64,000 nt of DNA. Origin: Candidatus Zhuqueibacterota bacterium (lineage in GTDB: Bacteria > Zhuqueibacterota > Zhuqueibacteria > Thermofontimicrobiales > Thermofontimicrobiaceae). Of the stretch, positions 58,473-64,000 are shown in pieces. The translations under genes were made by a program, and so were the position numbers. The notes under the pieces were generated by a model, which was not told the DNA's origin, made no database searches, and saw nothing but the letters and a program-made list of their open reading frames with translations. Location of the stretch: NCBI GenBank assembly GCA_049322915.1, contig JBMOPW010000016.1, positions 71,971 to 135,970 on the forward strand, read 5' to 3'. Numbering within the stretch: position 1 is the first letter of the stretch; every line of letters begins with the position of its first letter.

Positions 58473-58832
58473 TTAAAATGAAAACTGAGGGGGCAAGTCA
58501 ATCCGTTTTTGATAATTCATTTCACTCGTTGAAATATAAATGCTGCTGTTGTAAATTCTTTTGCCTTTGTAGCGCAGGTAAATCGAAATGCCCGCCGGGA
58601 TGTTCTCCTTTTTTGATAGCGCCCCGTTTTCATCGGTTTCGAAAATGCCATCGCTTCGTTCTTCTCCGGTGCGGGACACACGATGCACCACCTCAAACTG
58701 CTCATTTTTTAGCGGTATATCATCTTTGTAAATTTCGTAGGTAATTTGCCTCGGCTGTTCGTCATTGCAGCCGACAATTACCCATAGAATGAATAATGAA
58801 ACTAATGCATGAACCTTTCTCCACTTCCTCAC
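58473..58832 (-). CDS. Hypothetical lipoprotein
   Basis: GTG start after AAGGA and lipobox-like IVGC. Confidence 0.65.
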   Translation of the reverse strand: MRKWRKVHALVSLFILWVIVGCNDEQPRQITYEIYKDDIPLKNEQFEVVHRVSRTGEERSDGIFETDENGALSKKENIPAGISIYLRYKGKRIYNSSIYISTSEMNYQKRIDLPPQFSF

Positions 58833-59306
58833 GTCCTTTACCCCTGCTCATTTAAAATGACAACTCATCCTTTTATTAGGTGATTCATTTGCATTGCGTC
58901 TGCGTGGTCTGTACTAATGATTATATCGGTCAATTATTAAAAAAATGGAGCCTGCCGATGAACAATATTTGTTACCGGTATTCATTTTTTTTTATTTTAA
59001 AAAACAGAATGTTGAGTCTTTCGACCTGATGTTACGCAGCAGTACAGTAGAAATTACTGAAAACAGGTGTCAAAGGTTACGGAATGTAAATTTCGCGTGA
59101 ATCTGACTGACGAAAAAATGAGTGAGTTCATGAAGGATCGAGTCGAAGTGGTATGTCCATTACTGGAGGATGAATCGGAATCGTGGGTGATGGCAACGGC
59201 CGGATTTCGCCCGCTCAAAATTCAGATGGAATCGCGTCGGGCCAAATGACGGGTACATTCAGGAACTGCCATTGTTTTTGTGACGATGAACGAATGCAGC
59301 CGAGGG

Positions 59307-59344
59307 AACAGATACCTGGAGTTGCGCCTCCAGGCATCTGTTTT
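59307..59344. terminator. Hairpin directly after the tricorn protease stop codon
   Basis: aacagatacctggag/ctccaggcatctgtt stem. The longer T-run is on the plus side, so its orientation is ambiguous. Confidence 0.5.
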
Positions 59345-59350
59345 CACACG

Positions 59351-62300
59351 TTATTTTTTAGAGGATAAGCCTTTGGATGTCCGATCTTCCAATGGCGGAG
59401 CCGGCGTCATTTTCGGCGGTTTCGTTTTCAGCAAATTAAGCACTTCCTGAACGACCTTCTCGATCTGGGGATCGCGTCCCTGCACCAGAATATTGGGATC
59501 GTCCCAGACTTCGAAGTCAGGGGAGACGCCTTCTCCTTCCCAGAACCAGTGTCCGTCGTTGTCGTAGAGTCGGGCGCCTGGCACGGTAATGCCGCCGCCA
59601 TCAATTAATTGATGACCGGTCGCAGGCCCGACCAGAATTCCTAAAGTGCGCTCGCCGACTATGGGGCCGGCTTTCAATTCCTGGAACGCCCAGGGCAAGC
59701 CATCGCCGCCGGAACCAGCCCAGCCATTGATCAGCATGCCTTTGGGTCCGGTGTTGGTCTTGATCGGATGGGTATGATCTTTTCCATAGCGCCAGTGCAG
59801 GTTGTACACCACGGGTCGCTGGAGCAATTCCAGAAAACGATCGGCCAATTGGCCGCCGCCATTGAATCGCTCGTCAATGATAAATCCTTTTTTATCGAGT
59901 TGGCCGTAATACATGCGCACCAGTTCCAATTGGCCACGGCTGGATGTGTTGGACATATACACGTAACCGAGTTGTCCGTTGGAAAGTTTGTCCACCAGTT
60001 TGCGGTTCGTCTCTATCCATTCCAGATAGCGCAGGTTGCTCTCTTCGTACTGGCTCAGGCATTTGACCACGTGTTGTTTGCCATCATCTTTTTTGCCGGT
60101 GCGGCTGATGGTCAGAGAAATTGTCTTTCCGGACAGTCCCTCGAACCCAGCGTACGGGTCTTTCTTTGGATCCAGATTCACGCCATTCACGGCCAGAATG
60201 CAATCACCCACTTTGACATCGACTCCAGGCTGGTCGAAAGGAGAGCGAACCTCCGTATCCCAGACGGCCGGGGTCACAATGCGCTTAATCCGATACTGGT
60301 CATCCTTCAATTCCCAATCGATTCCCAGATAACCGGTGCCGCAGGGCTTCACGCTTTCGACATCGCCGCCGAAGGTGTAGGTATGGCCGGCGCTGAGCTC
60401 CGCCGCCAGATTCGATTGAATGTTGCCCACATCCCAGCGAGTGCGGGCGTCCTCAATCAACGCGCCGTACCGCTTTCGGAGACCTTCCCAGTCCACGCGA
60501 TGCATGTTGGGATCATAGAAAAAGTCCCGGTAGCGGCGCCAGGTATCCGCGAAAATTTGCCGCCATTCCTCGCGGGGCACGAGGTTCATCACCAGCCCGT
60601 CCGTCGGAATCGGTTTATCGATTTTTTGATCCGGCTCCGGTTTGATGATCCCATAGGAGCCTTTGCATTTCACTAACAGCGATTTCCCATCAGCCGTGAC
60701 CACAGCATCATCCACGCCGGACATTATTGTCTTGTCTTCCCGTTTTTCAAAATCAAAGCACATCAACGACGAAGACTCTTCGCCCGAGCCGGTACTGGGA
60801 TGTTTCAGGTAAGCAAGCTTGCCCTCGAATGCCGCCAGGCCTCCGATATTCCCGGCTTTGGACGGCAGAATGACCAGTCGGCTTTCCAGGTTGTCGAAGT
60901 CCACTTTTACGACCACCCCGGACGAATCTTTGTCCGATTTCTCGCCCTCTTTTTTACCGGCCGGTTCATCCTTCTTTTTAGATTTCTCATCGTCCTTCCC
61001 GGGCTTCTTTTCGTCTTTCTTCAACTCGTCGTTTTTGACCTGAAGCAGCGACGGCGCATCTTTGGTCAAACTGAGCGACGCGATCTGCGTGGAATTGGGA
61101 TAGACCCAGGTGCCATCCCCCATATCCGAATAGGCAGCCCCGAAATTGCGATTGGTGAGGTAGAACAGGTATTTGCCGTCAACGCTGAACGCCGGGTAGA
61201 AATCTTCATAAAATCCACTGGTTACCTGGTGCGATTTACCATGTTCGACGTCGTAAAGGAATACGGCGTTATTGGCATTGTTCATGCCCTGGGTGAAAGC
61301 GATCCACTTCGAATCCGGCGCCCAGGCAATGGGGAAGCTGAAGCGACCTGAATGATTCAGATCCCAATTGGTATGGCCAGCCGCGACAACTTTCTTGCTC
61401 TCAACATCCAGCACGGAAATGGTATTGGTCTCATCGATGAAGGCAAGTTTTTTACTGTTCGGCGACCAGTGCAGCGTGTAGCCAAATCCCTTCTTCCGGT
61501 CGGTCAATTGGCGCGGCTCGGAATTGCCGTCACTGGCAAGGAGATAGATTTCGTATTCCCCGTTCCGATCGCTCCAGCAGGCGATGGATTTTCCATCCGG
61601 CGACCAGGCCGGAGAGTGATCAAACGCGCCGCTGTTTTTTGTCATGTTCATGACATAGCCCTCCCGAACCGGGACGTTGAATAACTCGCCGCGCGCTTCG
61701 AATACAATGCGCTTTCCCTCCGGCGCAGCCGTCATGTTGCTGATATCGTCGTTGACGTATTTTATTGTTGGCATTTCCACAGAAAGATCGCTGACGACAT
61801 GGACCTGCACCGGCTGATACTGATGGTTGTTGGCATCCATCAGGTACAGCGTTCCTCCCACTTCAAATACGAGATCGCGATTGCCGGCGGCCAGATAGGA
61901 AATATCGAAGTCATCAAACTTGGTGATCTGGGAGGAGGTCTTCTTTTTGGTGTCGTAGGCCCATATGTTCAGCCGCATTTCTTTGCCCTGATCCGACAGG
62001 AAGTAAATTGTTTCTCCCACCCAGGCCGGCTTGCCATCTGTGGCGTGGTTATTCGTGATATTTTCAGCGGTGTTATTCCGCAAATCATAAACGATAATGT
62101 CCGAAGCCAGTCCCCCGCGATACCGCTTGAACGGGTAGTTCTCCGTAATCTTCGTGATATACGCCAGATAATTTCCATCGGGCGAATAGCTCGCCAGTTC
62201 TCCGTACGTCACTTTCAATTTCTCCGCGAGACCACCCTCCTTGCTCACACGAAAAAATTGATTGAGCCGCTGAACCCCATTCTCCCTGGCTGAGGCGAAC

Positions 62301-62662
62301 AGAATATGCTTCCCATCCGGATGCCAGTCGACCATGCGATCCGAGACTGAGGGATAGGTCACCCGCGTGGGGACGCCGCCCAGGGACGGCATCACGTACA
62401 CATCCTGGTTGCCGTTGTAGCTGGCAGTGTAGCCGATAAATTTTCCATCGGGCGAAAATCTCGGCCAGGATTCCTCACCGGGGGAGTGGGTCACCTGAAT
62501 GGCCGTCCCGCCGGTTTTGGGCATGATCCAGATATCGCCGCCGTACACGAACGTGATTTGCGTATCGGATACATCCATGTAGCGCATCAGTTTGGCATTG
62601 ATCTGGCCGAACGCATTGCTGATGAAAGACAGAATAACAATTAAGAATAATGCTTTTTTCAT
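59351..62662 (-). CDS. Tricorn protease (S41) with signal peptide
   Basis: PD40 beta-propeller repeats (PRFSPDGK), RDFFYDPNMH, GHTY, PDZ-like region, IDERFNGGG, AGSGGD and GERTLG. GGAGG RBS. Confidence 0.93.
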   Translation of the reverse strand: MKKALFLIVILSFISNAFGQINAKLMRYMDVSDTQITFVYGGDIWIMPKTGGTAIQVTHSPGEESWPRFSPDGKFIGYTASYNGNQDVYVMPSLGGVPTRVTYPSVSDRMVDWHPDGKHILFASARENGVQRLNQFFRVSKEGGLAEKLKVTYGELASYSPDGNYLAYITKITENYPFKRYRGGLASDIIVYDLRNNTAENITNNHATDGKPAWVGETIYFLSDQGKEMRLNIWAYDTKKKTSSQITKFDDFDISYLAAGNRDLVFEVGGTLYLMDANNHQYQPVQVHVVSDLSVEMPTIKYVNDDISNMTAAPEGKRIVFEARGELFNVPVREGYVMNMTKNSGAFDHSPAWSPDGKSIACWSDRNGEYEIYLLASDGNSEPRQLTDRKKGFGYTLHWSPNSKKLAFIDETNTISVLDVESKKVVAAGHTNWDLNHSGRFSFPIAWAPDSKWIAFTQGMNNANNAVFLYDVEHGKSHQVTSGFYEDFYPAFSVDGKYLFYLTNRNFGAAYSDMGDGTWVYPNSTQIASLSLTKDAPSLLQVKNDELKKDEKKPGKDDEKSKKKDEPAGKKEGEKSDKDSSGVVVKVDFDNLESRLVILPSKAGNIGGLAAFEGKLAYLKHPSTGSGEESSSLMCFDFEKREDKTIMSGVDDAVVTADGKSLLVKCKGSYGIIKPEPDQKIDKPIPTDGLVMNLVPREEWRQIFADTWRRYRDFFYDPNMHRVDWEGLRKRYGALIEDARTRWDVGNIQSNLAAELSAGHTYTFGGDVESVKPCGTGYLGIDWELKDDQYRIKRIVTPAVWDTEVRSPFDQPGVDVKVGDCILAVNGVNLDPKKDPYAGFEGLSGKTISLTISRTGKKDDGKQHVVKCLSQYEESNLRYLEWIETNRKLVDKLSNGQLGYVYMSNTSSRGQLELVRMYYGQLDKKGFIIDERFNGGGQLADRFLELLQRPVVYNLHWRYGKDHTHPIKTNTGPKGMLINGWAGSGGDGLPWAFQELKAGPIVGERTLGILVGPATGHQLIDGGGITVPGARLYDNDGHWFWEGEGVSPDFEVWDDPNILVQGRDPQIEKVVQEVLNLLKTKPPKMTPAPPLEDRTSKGLSSKK

Positions 62663-63416
62663 GATACCTCCATAACCTATGTTATTGTTCAATGCTGCGC
62701 GTTGCCTCAGAGCGAGCCTGCGCAACCATGATTAAATGCAATCTGCGGACTTTTCGCTCAACGATTCCTTTTATTGCTCATGCGTTCGGCTCGGACTCAC
62801 GAAGGGCCACGTGCAGCGTCCTGTTCCGGTAAAATGAACAGTCCAATAGCCTCGAACCAATGCGGTGAAGTATCGTGGAATGCATGTGAGAAAAGGTCTG
62901 AATTCAGAACAGTGTTCAGGAATGTATGACAGCAATATAACAGTAAATTTTGAAAACGCAAGTTTTTTCTTCTCTGTTGAATAGTATTCTGAGTATGAGG
63001 CCATCCTCTATCCCTGCATTGATATGGGTGTGTGAACAGCGTGGCTGTGGGTAAAACGTTCCAGGGCAAAAATACTGCGGTAAGTGCTTGTGACGTTGCC
63101 GAATAAATAGAGTCTGTCCGAAAACTGCTAATATTGACCTCACCCCAACCCTCTCCGAAAAGGCTTACCCTTACCCACATCTTTTCTAACGCAGAGGTCG
63201 CAGAGACCGCAGAGGTACGCAGAGTTTTAGTATTGAAAAAAAGCTTTCTACAAACTTATGAAACCAGGTATTTTCCTGGTTATTCTGGTCTACTGTAACT
63301 CTGGGTGAACATGATTTTCATTGTCTGATTGAAAACTTTACAATCACTCTGGCCAATTCAACGCTGGTCTTTTCTCTGCGCCCTTCGCGACCTCTGCGTT
63401 TCATTTGATGTGTTAA

Positions 63417-63681
63417 CCCTCCTACGTCACATAGATTTTTTATCGTTGTATATTGTATTTTTGATAGATGAAAAACTCAACATAGTGTGATAAATTTACT
63501 AACCTGAATTATTCATGAACTTGCTCAGAATTTGAGTCAACATTGAGATTTTCAATTAGCTAAAGGCTAAGCTATTTTGAAACTCAGTTTTTATACGTTT
63601 ATTCCAAAAAGAGCACCATTCAGGTTAGCCAGCCTCCTCTAAAAATACTATGAATAATGCAGGCTAAATGACGTTGCAGGG
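63417..63681. mobile_element. Element C, third layer
   Basis: TTAA|ccctcctacgtca...tgacgttgcaggg|TTAA. 265 bp minus D (161) and CTAA (4) gives 100 bp. Confidence 0.85.
63503..63663. mobile_element. Element D, innermost layer (161 bp, CTAA TSD)
   Basis: CTAA|cctgaattattcat...atgaataatgcagg|CTAA (13/14 TIR match). Absent at the equivalent position of the other two C copies. Confidence 0.8.
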
Positions 63682-64000
63682 TTAATATCCCCCAACGTAT
63701 AGGTAAGGATCAGCCTACAAGGAGAGGGAGTTTAGGGGATGAGGTCTGACGGGATGAGGTTTGAAAATATCACCCCAATAGCTAATTCAGGTGTTTTTGG
63801 ACAGACATAAAATAACTCGCGCCGGTGTATGGTTTGAAAACACGGCGGCCAGGCAGAAAGCCTGGCCTGCCATAGAAAGGAATTGGGAAGCGCGTGTCAA
63901 AACGCAAATCCTACAGAAAAGCGCTGGACGCTCTGCAGCCGGCCAAAGTCCGTGTAGGCATAATCGAATGTGCCGGCGTAATCGCCCATTTTGAAGTTGA

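Larger units (their letters stand above)
63161..63716. mobile_element. Element B, second layer
   Basis: aggcttacccttaccca...taggtaaggatcagcct. 556 bp minus the C block (265) and TTAA (4) gives 287 bp, the same as the 42-kb copy. Confidence 0.85.
63110..63808. mobile_element. Element A, outer layer of the nested composite
   Basis: gagtctgtccgaaaa...tttttggacagacat; inverted relative to 41766-42235. Confidence 0.8.

Noticed and set aside
58850..59350. Short ORFs 59067-59249 and 59183-59368, and other long spacers (12.8-13.2, 53.0-53.36, 62.7-63.1 kb), as genes or ncRNAs
   Set aside because: No motifs, RBS support or recognisable RNA family. No tRNA or rRNA signature was seen anywhere in the window.

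Overview
Bacterial chromosomal window. The FlgD-Ig/T9SS-like C-terminal domain, the PorV-like gene and the promoter style suggest an FCB-related lineage such as KSB1 or Calditrichota (inference only). Most genes are housekeeping or metabolic: murE, mutM, sucCD, arcC, an ArcE-like arginine synthetase, dusB, trxA, ptsI, a CCA-type nucleotidyltransferase, nnr, an ECF sigma factor, a heptose kinase and yciH. There is also an AT-rich Wzx/Wzy polysaccharide island ending in exported deacetylase and D-glucuronyl C5-epimerase genes, and four large signal-peptide peptidases (two M1, a TPPII-like S8, a tricorn S41). Top candidate system: an SbnI/SerK-like free-serine kinase gene directly upstream of a TrpB2 (O-phosphoserine-dependent tryptophan synthase family), preceded by two unannotated Trp-codon leader-peptide attenuators in tandem. 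This suggests a Trp-regulated serine -> O-phosphoserine + indole -> Trp salvage module. Second highlight: several small non-autonomous TIR elements (MITE-like), including a four-level nested insertion at 63.1-63.8 kb. Its layers can be checked against empty or stand-alone copies elsewhere in the window. No rRNA, tRNA, CRISPR array or transposase was recognised. All product calls come from motif recognition by eye, not from database searches.
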